Origin: Planctomycetia bacterium
GTDB taxonomy: Bacteria; Planctomycetota; Planctomycetia; Pirellulales; UBA1268
Assembly: GCA_046343855.1 (NCBI GenBank)
Contig: JBKDMX010000114.1
Coordinates: 3,803-67,802 of the forward strand
DNA length: 64,000 nt
Direction: 5' to 3'
The translations under genes were made by a program, and so were the position numbers. Within the stretch, counting starts at the first letter, position 1; the number at the start of each line of letters is the position of its first letter. The notes under the pieces were generated by a model. It made no database searches and had not been told where the DNA came from. It saw only the letters and a list, made by a program, of their open reading frames with translations. Below, in pieces: positions 1-8,163 of the stretch.

Positions 1-124
1 CCCCGCCCACACTTTCCTCACAATCGCAAGAGTAGGCCAAGGCTGCAAAACAGTCAATGAATCATTGCTCGCTCGAATCGCGCCGGGAATTCATCCCGCC
101 CGCCGGGTATAACTGAACTGGTTC

Positions 125-532
125 GACTGAAGCGGACCGGGTGATCGCCGGTCGGCGGGCAACCGTCGGCGGGAGGAAAGTCCGGGCTCCAGAGGGCGCG
201 ATGGTGGGTAACGCCCACCGGCCGCGAGGCCAGGGATAGTGCCACAGAAAGCAAACCGCCTGCGGGGCAACCCGCCGGTAAGGGTGAAACGGTGAGGTAA
301 GAGCTCACCAGCAGGCCGGGTGACCGGCCTGGCTCGGAAAACCCCATCGGGAGCAAGGCCAAGCAGGAAGAAGTTCGGTCCTCCGGGACCGGCGCGAAAC
401 GGCCCGTTTCGCACCCGCTTCCGGGTCGGCTGCTGGAGGCGTCGGGCAACCGCCGCCCTAGAGAAATGGTCACCGTCCTCCGTTCCTTGGAACGGCGGGA
501 CACAGAACCCGGCTTACAGGTCCGCTTCAGTC
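125..532 (+). ncRNA. rnpB: RNase P RNA, bacterial type A
   Basis: Read directly from the sequence. P1 pairing of GACTGAAGCGGACC (125-138) with GGTCCGCTTCAGTC (519-532). Universally conserved blocks GGAGGAAAGTCCGGGCTCCA (~172-191), GGTAAGGGTGAAACGGTGAGGTAAGAGCTCACCAG and ACAGAACCCGGCTTA (~502-516). Confidence 0.9.
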
Positions 533-1015
533 GTCCACTTCAAGGCCTGTTGCGCAGGACAGCGCCTGGACCGGTCGGTTCGACGCCAGATCGCGGCGGC
601 CCCCGTCGTCCAGCATCTTGAGGAGTTTCGAGATGCAGAGGGTGTTGATGCTCACCCGCATCTCCTCGGCCTCGGCTTTGAGGGTTTCGTGGAGGGATCT
701 GGGCATCCGGACGGTGACGACCCGCTGTGCCTCCCGCTCGGCCGGCCGTTCCCGCTGGCGGTTGCGGAGGTCGTCGAGCAGCTCCCGGATGCGGGCATAC
801 TCAGGGGAGCACTCGAAACGGATCAGGTCGTCGGGCTCTTGAAACGTCCGGCGGACGACCCCGTCCACGCCGAGCACCTCCCGGAAAAAGACGACCCATT
901 CGGGATCCATGGAGTGGAGCCGCTCGGCCACCTGCAGAACGGCCTTGGCGCCGTGGGTGGCTCCATTCGTCTTCTGGGAAGCTGCCCCGAGCAATTCTGA
1001 AGTTTTGGTCGCCAT
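527..1015 (-). CDS. Hypothetical protein with C-terminal ribbon-helix-helix-like (Arc/CopG/HicB-C-like) segment
   Basis: ORF track 527..1105. I prefer the ATG at 1015, which is preceded by AAGGA. The motif VTVRMPRSLHETLKAEAEEMRVSINTLCISKL resembles an RHH DNA-binding motif. Third-codon positions are G/C-rich in this frame. The 3' end overlaps the rnpB 3' end by 6 nt (convergent). Confidence 0.55.
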   Translation of the reverse strand: MATKTSELLGAASQKTNGATHGAKAVLQVAERLHSMDPEWVVFFREVLGVDGVVRRTFQEPDDLIRFECSPEYARIRELLDDLRNRQRERPAEREAQRVVTVRMPRSLHETLKAEAEEMRVSINTLCISKLLKMLDDGGRRDLASNRPVQALSCATGLEVDD

Positions 1016-1247
1016 CAACGTATGTCCTTTCTCGTCCGGTGGTCCCGCGTACGCCTCGATGATGTCGCTGCGGTCAAGCGACAGCATCAAGTGCTTGCGG
1101 ATCAATGACTTGCGTCATGCGGCAAGAGGGCGACTTCTTTTTGTGCAGCGGTGCCCGCAGGGGAGGCACGCCGTCAGTTGCTCAAAAAGGAGGCAGGTCG
1201 GGCGAGTCGCAGTTACCAAATGTCCGGCCTGTAGGGGCCGGTGGATG

Positions 1248-2171
1248 TCAATCTGGGAAGGTTCTGGCCGCGACCTTTTCGAGGTAGTCAACGACGAGTC
1301 CCGTGACATCCCGACCGATCGCTCCCTCGAGGCCCCGCCAGCCGGGCACGGCATTCACCTCCAGCACCAAGAGCCTCCCGTCGGCGGCGGGCAGAAGGTC
1401 CACCCCGGCGATCGAGGCCCCGACCGCATCGGCCGCCCGCCGGGCGAGCGCGACCCACTCGTCGGGCGGCGTCCACGATTCCGCCCTCGCGCCCCGGCTG
1501 ACGTTGAGCCGCCAGTCTTCATTCGACACCCGTCGCATCGCCAGGGCGTCGTCGCCGATCAGGAAGATGCGGGCATCCCAGCCGTCGTGCGGGACGAATT
1601 CCTGGAGATAGCAGGCCGCCGGCGGTCCATCCAGCGCCGGATTGCCCGCGCGAAGCCGGGCGGCATCGAGGTAGGGGGCCAGGTCGGCGGGGGTGGTCAG
1701 CCGTTCGATCCCCCGGCCCTGTGATCCGAAGAGCGGTTTCACGACCGCGATCCGGCCGAGATCGTGCCAGGCCTGCTCGATGCCCGCGGCATCCTGGGCG
1801 ACGATCGTCCGGGGCACGGCGATCCCCGCCTCCTGCATCCGGGCAAGCGACAGATATTTGTCGATCGCCACCTCGAGCGACCGCGGGCTATTCACGATTG
1901 CCGTGCCGCGCTGCGCGAGCCGGCCCAAGACGTCCATCCGAAAGATCACATCCTCCAGGGCGCCGGTGGGCATGCCGCGCACGACCACGCAATCGGCCCG
2001 GCCGACGGCCTCCGGCAGGAAGCGTTCGCCGGCGGCAGCGTTTCCGCCGACTTCCGCCGCGAGTTCGTTCCAGCGGACCGGGCAGGCCTCGTGACCCCGA
2101 CCACGAATGGCGGCCGCGAGCCGGCCGAGATGCCAGCCCGTCGGCTCGCCGAGGAGCGCCATCCGCAGCAC
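1248..2171 (-). CDS. RimK-family ATP-grasp ligase (H4MPT-cluster orf5/orf17/MptN-like glutamate ligase candidate)
   Basis: 307-aa ORF with ATP-grasp blocks (VVKPLFGSQGRGI, YLQEFV, GVDLL...LLVLEVNAVPGW). It starts 1 nt after the mch stop, so it is probably in the same operon. Confidence 0.8.
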   Translation of the reverse strand: MLRMALLGEPTGWHLGRLAAAIRGRGHEACPVRWNELAAEVGGNAAAGERFLPEAVGRADCVVVRGMPTGALEDVIFRMDVLGRLAQRGTAIVNSPRSLEVAIDKYLSLARMQEAGIAVPRTIVAQDAAGIEQAWHDLGRIAVVKPLFGSQGRGIERLTTPADLAPYLDAARLRAGNPALDGPPAACYLQEFVPHDGWDARIFLIGDDALAMRRVSNEDWRLNVSRGARAESWTPPDEWVALARRAADAVGASIAGVDLLPAADGRLLVLEVNAVPGWRGLEGAIGRDVTGLVVDYLEKVAARTFPD

Positions 2172-2172
2172 G

Positions 2173-3168
2173 TCAGGCTCCCGTGGCGACCGATCCGGCA
2201 GGGGCTGCGAACGAGGCCCGCACGATCTCCGGCGCGAGGCCGCCGAAGCGGTGCCGCAGGCCGGTGTCGAGATTGACGATCTCGACGAGCGCCGGCGCGA
2301 AGAGCGCCGGATCGAGCGCGTAGAAATCGTGGCCGGCCCGTTCGAAGAGCTGGCAGAAGGGGGCGCCGTAGTCGGCGGAGGCCCGACTGACCATCCGCGG
2401 GCCGATTGCGCGGATGCTCTCGTCGTCGCCGGTCATCTCGAGCGTGACCAGGCCGCCATAGAGGATCGCGTCGTTCGTGCGGCCGATCGCCGTGAGATCG
2501 TCGCCCGGCACGGGGGCGAGCGGCGCGCGGCCGCTGCCGCGCCGGATCCGCCGCAGGTCGAAGTGGAGATCGTGCAGCTTGTGGAGCGCCGTCTCGAGCG
2601 ACCGCGCGATCACCTGCAGCGTTCCTGCGGGGCTTGCCGTGCGGGCCACGAGCAGCACGAGCGCCGCGGGATCGATGCCGGCGTCGGCGGCGAGCTGTCG
2701 GCAGACGTCTTCCGGCGGGAGCTTCGAGGCCTCGAGGAGGCCGACGGCCACAGCCGCCCGCTCGCGCATGCCGATGTCGTCGAACAGATCCTCGCGGCCG
2801 ATGGCAGCGCGGATCGGGCCGCTCGCCATCGCGAAATACTTTCCGGCCGACACCTTCCAGCCGGCATACTGCGAGGCAAGGCAGGCGGCGAGCGGCTCGT
2901 CGCTCTCGACGGCGACGAGCGGCCACTCGCACCCGGGCCATGCGGCCGCATACGCCTCGCCATGCGCGCCGGGCTCCTCCACCCACACGCGGCCAAGCCC
3001 CGCCATCGCCGCACGGGCCAGCATCAGCCCCGCCTCGGCGCCGCCCGCGGCTTTTGTGCCGCAGTCGATCACGCGCGCCCCGCCGGTGGTGTGCACGACG
3101 AGCCCCAAGCGGGCGGCGTCGGCGATCGTCCGCTCGGCGATGCCGAGCGCTGATTGATTGAGATTCAT
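2173..3168 (-). CDS. mch: Methenyl-tetrahydromethanopterin cyclohydrolase
   Basis: The C-terminal 331 aa of ORF 2173..3663, starting at MNLNQSALG (ATG 3168 by codon count). Family-typical blocks: VIDCGTKAAGG, LASQYAGWKVSAGKYFAMASGPIRA, LVARTASPAGTLQV. The upstream part of the ORF is antisense to the DtxR gene and was rejected. Confidence 0.9.
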   Translation of the reverse strand: MNLNQSALGIAERTIADAARLGLVVHTTGGARVIDCGTKAAGGAEAGLMLARAAMAGLGRVWVEEPGAHGEAYAAAWPGCEWPLVAVESDEPLAACLASQYAGWKVSAGKYFAMASGPIRAAIGREDLFDDIGMRERAAVAVGLLEASKLPPEDVCRQLAADAGIDPAALVLLVARTASPAGTLQVIARSLETALHKLHDLHFDLRRIRRGSGRAPLAPVPGDDLTAIGRTNDAILYGGLVTLEMTGDDESIRAIGPRMVSRASADYGAPFCQLFERAGHDFYALDPALFAPALVEIVNLDTGLRHRFGGLAPEIVRASFAAPAGSVATGA

Positions 3169-3279
3169 GGCGGAGCACCCCGGGTGGAGCACATAATGGG
3201 TCGAAATCGGCAGGGCGGCAATCCCCGCGGCTGCCGCCCCACCAGCAGAGCATTCCGCCTTCACGAGCCCGGTGCCACC

Positions 3280-3951
3280 GTGCCTAGCCTGACCGTCGAA
3301 AATTATGTGAAGACGATCTATCAGATCGTGTCGGCGCAGGACGGCCGTGCCGCGACCACCGGGCAACTGGCGACCGCGCTCGACGTCTCTCCTGGCACGG
3401 TCACGAGCATGCTGAAGACGCTCGACGCCGCGCGGCTCGCGACCCACCGACCCTACGAAGGCGTGGCGCTCACGCGGGCCGGCCGCGTGCTGGCGCTCCG
3501 CATGATCCGCCGCCACCGCCTGATCGAGCTCTTTCTTCTGCGCACGCTCGACATGAGCTGGGACGAGGTGCACGATGAAGCCGAGCACATGGAGCACGCC
3601 GTGAGCGACCTCCTCGTGGACCGGATCGACGCCTTCCTCGGCCATCCCGACGTCGATCCCCACGGCGATCCGATCCCGCGCGGCGAGGGTGAAGCGCTCC
3701 AGCCGCCAAAGGAAGAGCCCGCCCGCTCGCTCGCCGAATGCGCCGCCGGCACGTCATTCCGCCTCACCCGCGTGCTCGACCAATCGGCCGGATTTCTGCG
3801 CTACCTCACCGACTCCGGGCTCGTGCTCGGCGCCGTGGGCGAGGTGGAGCGGAATCCCGACGGCGCGGGACTGATGCGGGTGCGGGTGAGCAAGCGTGTC
3901 TTGTCGCTGGCGATCGAGGCAGCGGGCAAGCTCGTCGTCGCGGAGGTGTGA
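3280..3951 (+). CDS. DtxR/MntR-family metal-dependent transcriptional repressor
   Basis: ORF 3154..3951; GTG at 3280 gives VPSLTVENYVKTIYQ, a typical DtxR N-terminus. Winged helix TTGQLATALDVSPGTVTSMLKTL. Metal-site region HDEAEHMEHAVS. C-terminal SH3-like/FeoA-like tail. Confidence 0.85.
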   Translation: MPSLTVENYVKTIYQIVSAQDGRAATTGQLATALDVSPGTVTSMLKTLDAARLATHRPYEGVALTRAGRVLALRMIRRHRLIELFLLRTLDMSWDEVHDEAEHMEHAVSDLLVDRIDAFLGHPDVDPHGDPIPRGEGEALQPPKEEPARSLAECAAGTSFRLTRVLDQSAGFLRYLTDSGLVLGAVGEVERNPDGAGLMRVRVSKRVLSLAIEAAGKLVVAEV

Positions 3952-3970
3952 CGAGTCGTCGCGTCCGCTC

Positions 3971-4355
3971 GCCCAAACCGGCTTCGGGTGACCCGTACCC
4001 CGTCGCCGGACGCTCGCTACGGACGTCCTGTCCTTCGCTCGCTCGGATGCTGACGGCGCTTCGCCATCCTGGCTGCGCTTGTCAGCATACGCCGGCTCCC
4101 GGGGCACGGGTCACCCAAAGCCTCCGTTATCGTAGGACAGGCGTCTCCGCCTGTCCTGCATGAATGCGGAGAGGCTCGGGCCTGCACATGCCTTCTCGCG
4201 GGCTATGGGAGCGAGCGCAGGCAGGATGCCGAAAGCGAGCGGACATGCAGTGAGCGGAGGACAGGATGTCCGCAGCGAACGTCCGCCGAGAGGGCATGTG
4301 CAGGCCCGAGCCGGGTTGGGCGAGCACGGGCAAGACAGGCTGAAGCCTATCCTAC
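3971..4355. repeat. Composite intergenic palindromic element: foldback unit (+) 3980-4122, 24-nt hairpin 4132-4159, foldback unit (-) 4173-4312, hairpin 4334-4355
   Basis: GGCTTCGGGTGACCCGTACCCC (3980-4001) pairs with GGGGCACGGGTCACCCAAAGCC (4101-4122). A perfect 20-bp stem joins GGCTCGGGCCTGCACATGCC (4173-4192) and GGCATGTGCAGGCCCGAGCC (4293-4312). The cores are reverse complements of each other and recur at 19243-19628. Confidence 0.8.
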
Positions 4356-4858
4356 GGGCGACGCTCCCAGACGGCCGATTGGCCGAGGCATTCGTCGACT
4401 TCGATTCGCAGGCTGCCGGTGACCGGGCTGCCGGCTGCGTCCATGGCCGCGAGCAGTTCGTGGCCGATCCAGCGGGCGATCCACTCGGCCGTCGTGTTTT
4501 CGACCGGCAGGAGCACGCACTCGTCGGCCGGGAAGACCCAGCGACGGTTCTGGAACCGCACCGTCACCTCGGCGGCACGGCCGCTCGCTGCCGGCGTGTG
4601 CTCGACCGCGAGGAAGCGATTCTTCGTCGGCAGGAGCATGTGATGGTCGAGGCGGGCGGTGATCGCGGAGAGGAGGTCGCGGAGCTTGATGAAGTCGACC
4701 ACCATGCCGTGGTGGTCGGGCGGGCCCTCCACGTCGGCGCCGACCGTCCAGTTGTGGCCGTGCACCGCCTCGCAGATGTCGTCGGTGAGCGTGATGAAGT
4801 GGCCGGCGCAGAAGACGTGGACCGCCTTGCGCATCCTCACGTGGAAATGTTCATTCAT
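4352..4858 (-). CDS. 6-pyruvoyl-tetrahydropterin synthase / QueD-family pterin lyase
   Basis: The last 168 aa of ORF 4352..7510, starting at MNEHFHV (ATG 4858 by codon count). It has the motif CAGHF...EAVHGHNW (Cys plus HGH zinc site). There is a 4-nt overlap with the upstream CitG-like gene. Confidence 0.85.
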   Translation of the reverse strand: MNEHFHVRMRKAVHVFCAGHFITLTDDICEAVHGHNWTVGADVEGPPDHHGMVVDFIKLRDLLSAITARLDHHMLLPTKNRFLAVEHTPAASGRAAEVTVRFQNRRWVFPADECVLLPVENTTAEWIARWIGHELLAAMDAAGSPVTGSLRIEVDECLGQSAVWERRP

Positions 4859-5751
4859 GGTCGGTCGTGTCGCAGGGTGGAATCGATCGTGGGCGCGTCG
4901 CCGAGCAGGCTCGTGAGCCGGTCGGTCACGATGAGAATGTACAGCGCCGCCGCGACGAGGTCGGCGGTCGTGCCCGGGTTCATCCGTCGCTCCCGCAGGA
5001 AGCGGTCGAGCTCGGCCGCCGCGGCGGGCCAGGTGTTTCCTGCGGCGAGGACGGCCGCCGCACGGGCCGAGACATCCCTGGCGGCCGCGAGGCCGTGCTT
5101 CCGCGCGATGAGCGTGTCGGGGTCGCGGGCGAGCTGCATGAGGTGGCCGCGCTCGATCGCCGCGCCGAGCGAAAGGCTGCGCTCGATCTCGCCGGCGATG
5201 TCGGCCACGGGGCCGGCGAAGAGCGGTTCGTAGCCCCGCGCCCAGAGCCGTGCGATCTGGTCGCGGTCGGCGGCGGCATGCATCGCGTCGAGCAGGCTCG
5301 CCGGCGCGGGACCGGCGATGTCCCACTCGTCGCGTCGGCCCATGCCGCCGGGAGCGGCCATCGTGATCGCCGCGTAGACGTCGCGGGCATCGTCGGGCGT
5401 GGTGCCGGCGAGAACGGCGGCTGCGGCGGCGGGACAGAGCGCCTTGCCCTGGGGCACGGCGGCCAGCGGCGCGATCGCGAGCACGATGCCGAGATTGGCA
5501 TTCGACCGTGTCGCTCGGCGCGAGGCAGCGACGGCGTCGAGGATCGTGCGGCCGAGTGGCTGCGCGCAGGCGCGGTCGATCGCGGGTGCGATCGCTTCGC
5601 CCGCCGCGACGAGCTCGTCGTGCGAGAGATCGGCGAAGGCGGCAGCTGGATGCACGTTGCCCACCTTCGCCGCCGTGGCCTCGAGCCGGCAGGCGAGCGC
5701 GGCGGCTTCCCCGCGGCCCAGCCGAGCGGCTACGGCGGGTGGTCCGGACAC
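4855..5751 (-). CDS. Triphosphoribosyl-dephospho-CoA synthase (CitG/MdcB)-like protein, H4MPT-cluster orf7-like
   Basis: 298-aa ORF with the CitG-family motif NPGTTADLVAA near the C-terminus and an Ala-rich helical body. It is translationally coupled to the PTPS-like gene. Confidence 0.7.
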   Translation of the reverse strand: MSGPPAVAARLGRGEAAALACRLEATAAKVGNVHPAAAFADLSHDELVAAGEAIAPAIDRACAQPLGRTILDAVAASRRATRSNANLGIVLAIAPLAAVPQGKALCPAAAAAVLAGTTPDDARDVYAAITMAAPGGMGRRDEWDIAGPAPASLLDAMHAAADRDQIARLWARGYEPLFAGPVADIAGEIERSLSLGAAIERGHLMQLARDPDTLIARKHGLAAARDVSARAAAVLAAGNTWPAAAAELDRFLRERRMNPGTTADLVAAALYILIVTDRLTSLLGDAPTIDSTLRHDRP

Positions 5752-5905
5752 AACGATTGCAGCGGCGGTGCGGTCTCGGATGCGAGTTTCCCGTGTGGTT
5801 CCGGGCTCCGGGCTGCTGGCGGGCGGGTGGCAGAGGTAGACTTGAGTATTCCGCGACTGTGATTCTTCCGCTCCACCTTACAACGCACCCGTTCCACACG
5901 ACAGC

Positions 5906-8056
5906 ATGGCGACCGACGCAGCCCCCACGGAAACCCGGTTCGGAGCGGAGTGCTTCCTGAATCGCGAGCTGAGCTGGCTCGAATTCAACGCCCGGGTGCT
6001 CGAGGAGGCGGAGAACGCCGACAACCCGTTGCTCGAGCGGCTCAAGTTCCTGGCGATCTTCAGCTCGAATCTCGACGAGTTCTTCATGGTGCGGGTTTCC
6101 GGGCTCCGCGAGCAGGCGTTCGGCGAGAGCGCGCCGCAGGACTACTCCCCCGACGGCATGCGTCCGCTGGAGCAGTTGGAGCGGATCGCCTTCCGCACGC
6201 AGGAACTGGTGGCCAGGCAATATCGCTGCCTGAAGGAGAGCATCGGCCCCGCCATGGAGGCCGAGGGATTCGAGCTGCTGCGATATGAGTCGTTGCAGGG
6301 GCCGCAATTCGAGCAGGTGGACCGCTTCTTTCGCGAGCGCGCGCTGCCGATCCTCACGCCGATGGCGGTCGATCCCGCGCATCCCTCGCCCCGCTACCAC
6401 AACCGCGGCCTCTATCTCGGTGTGATGCTCGAGCACGGCGCGGACTTGAACGGCGAGGCGCTGGGGCCGAAGCGGCTCTTCGCGGTGGTGCAGGTGCCGC
6501 AGGTGCTGCCGCGGATCGTGAGCGTGCCGCCGACGGCCCCGGGGCGGACGTCGTTCGTCTTGCTCGAAGACATCGTCGCTGCGCGGCTGCCGGATCTGTT
6601 CGGCGGCTTCGACGTGCGGTCGTGGACGGCCTTCCGCATCACACGCGACAGCGACATGGACATGCTGGAGCAGGAGTCGGACGACATGCTCCGGCTCATC
6701 GAGGAGCGGATCAAGGCCCGCCAGCGCGGCCAGGCCGTGCGGATCGAGATCGCGAGCAAGGCGGATCAATCGCTCGCGCAGCTGATCATCGACGAGGAGG
6801 CGCTCTACAGCGACCCGACCGGCGATCGCTACAGCGAGGTCTATCGGATCGACGGGCCGCTCGACCTGACCGCCCTTTGGGAGCTCTACAAGCTGCCCGG
6901 CAACGACCGCCTGCGCGACAAGCCCTTCACGCCGCGGATTCCGCGCGGGCTCGGACGGCGCGGCGAAGACATCTTCACCGCGATCGCCCGACAGGACATC
7001 CTCCTCCATCATCCCTATGAGTCGTTCGATCCGGTCGTCGATTTCGTGACGAGCGCCGCGAACGACCCAAAAGTGCTCGCCATCAAGCAGACCCTCTACC
7101 GCACGAGCGGCGACTCGCCGATCTCGCGGGCGCTGATCACGGCGGCCGAGTCGGGCAAACACGTGACGGCGCTCGTCGAACTCAAGGCCCGCTTCGACGA
7201 GGCGAACAACGTCAGCTGGGCCCGGCAGCTCGAGCGCGCCGGCGTGCACGTCGTCTTCGGGTTTCTCGACCTCAAGACGCACTGCAAGCTCTCGCTCGTC
7301 ATCCGGCAGGAAGGGCAGGGGCTGCGGCGCTATGTGCACCTCGGCACCGGCAACTACAACCCCACGACCGCGCTCACCTACACCGATCTCGGGCTCTTCA
7401 CGGCCGACGAGGCGATGGCCGAGGACACCTCCGCGCTCTTCAACCTGCTGACGGGCTATTCGCAGGGGCACCAGTGGCAGCGGCTCGTGGTCGCCCCCAA
7501 CGACCTCCACCGACGGACGCTCGAACTGATCGAAGACCAGGCACGCCGTGCGAAGGAGGGGCGGCCGTCACGAATTTTTGCGAAGCTCAATTCGCTCGTC
7601 GATCATCGCGTGATCGAGGCGCTCTACGAGGCGAGCCAGGCGGGCGTGCCCATCGACATCGTCGCCCGCGGCATCTGCTGCCTGCGGCCGGGCGTGCCCG
7701 GTGTGAGCGAGACGATCCGCGTGCGCAGCATCGTCGACCGATTCCTGGAGCACAGCCGGGTCTACGTGTTCGGGCCCGACGAGGAGGCGCAGGTCTTCCT
7801 GGCCAGCGCCGACTGGATGCCGCGGAATTTTTTCCGGCGGGTGGAGGTGATGTTTCCGATCCTCGCCCCGGAATTGCGGCAGCGGATCCTCAAGGAGATC
7901 GTGCCGGTCTATCTCGCCGACAACGTGCGGGCACGGCAGCTCGACCCGGCGGGCGTCTTCCATCTGCAGCACCCGACGGACGGGCAGCCGCCGGTGCGGT
8001 GCCAGCTCGAATTTCTCGAGCGGCGCATGGCGGCCGACGCCAACGTATCCGCTTGA
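5906..8056 (+). CDS. ppk: Polyphosphate kinase 1
   Basis: 716 aa. N-terminus FLNRELSWLEFNARVLEEA...RLKFLAIFSSNLDEFFMVRVSGL. Two PLD-like HKD-type motifs, HCKLSLV and EHSRVYVF. Confidence 0.95.
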   Translation: MATDAAPTETRFGAECFLNRELSWLEFNARVLEEAENADNPLLERLKFLAIFSSNLDEFFMVRVSGLREQAFGESAPQDYSPDGMRPLEQLERIAFRTQELVARQYRCLKESIGPAMEAEGFELLRYESLQGPQFEQVDRFFRERALPILTPMAVDPAHPSPRYHNRGLYLGVMLEHGADLNGEALGPKRLFAVVQVPQVLPRIVSVPPTAPGRTSFVLLEDIVAARLPDLFGGFDVRSWTAFRITRDSDMDMLEQESDDMLRLIEERIKARQRGQAVRIEIASKADQSLAQLIIDEEALYSDPTGDRYSEVYRIDGPLDLTALWELYKLPGNDRLRDKPFTPRIPRGLGRRGEDIFTAIARQDILLHHPYESFDPVVDFVTSAANDPKVLAIKQTLYRTSGDSPISRALITAAESGKHVTALVELKARFDEANNVSWARQLERAGVHVVFGFLDLKTHCKLSLVIRQEGQGLRRYVHLGTGNYNPTTALTYTDLGLFTADEAMAEDTSALFNLLTGYSQGHQWQRLVVAPNDLHRRTLELIEDQARRAKEGRPSRIFAKLNSLVDHRVIEALYEASQAGVPIDIVARGICCLRPGVPGVSETIRVRSIVDRFLEHSRVYVFGPDEEAQVFLASADWMPRNFFRRVEVMFPILAPELRQRILKEIVPVYLADNVRARQLDPAGVFHLQHPTDGQPPVRCQLEFLERRMAADANVSA

Positions 8057-8099
8057 CGTGAGCGCCTCCGCTTGACGTGAGCGCCTCCGCTTGAAGCGG
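8048..8099 (+). repeat. 19-bp tandem direct repeat (2.4 copies) ending in a small hairpin
   Basis: TCCGCTTGACGTGAGCGCC occurs at 8048-8066 and 8067-8085, with a partial third copy from 8086. The hairpin is CCGCTTGAAGCGG (8087-8099). The first copy contains the ppk stop codon TGA (8054-8056). Confidence 0.85.
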
Positions 8100-8163
8100 C
8101 CGACGAATCATCCCTAGAATCGCCGCAGTTGCTCGAGGCCGCTCCAGTCCCAAGGCAGGTTTC

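Noticed and set aside
527-1105. A toxin-antitoxin module involving the RHH-like protein.
   Set aside because: No small partner ORF with toxin features lies adjacent. The neighbours are rnpB and an ATP-grasp gene. The protein is much longer than typical RHH antitoxins.
3169-3279. A DtxR operator palindrome in the mch/dtxR divergent spacer.
   Set aside because: No convincing 19-bp inverted repeat is visible by eye. This needs a motif model and cannot be asserted.
4859-7510. The upstream ~880 codons of the 1052-aa minus-strand ORF 4352..7510.
   Set aside because: The sequence is Arg/Pro/Gly/Ala-rich and low-complexity, and it lies antisense to the well-supported CitG-like and ppk1 genes. Only the last 168 aa (PTPS-like) look like real protein. 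This is a typical open antisense frame in high-GC DNA.
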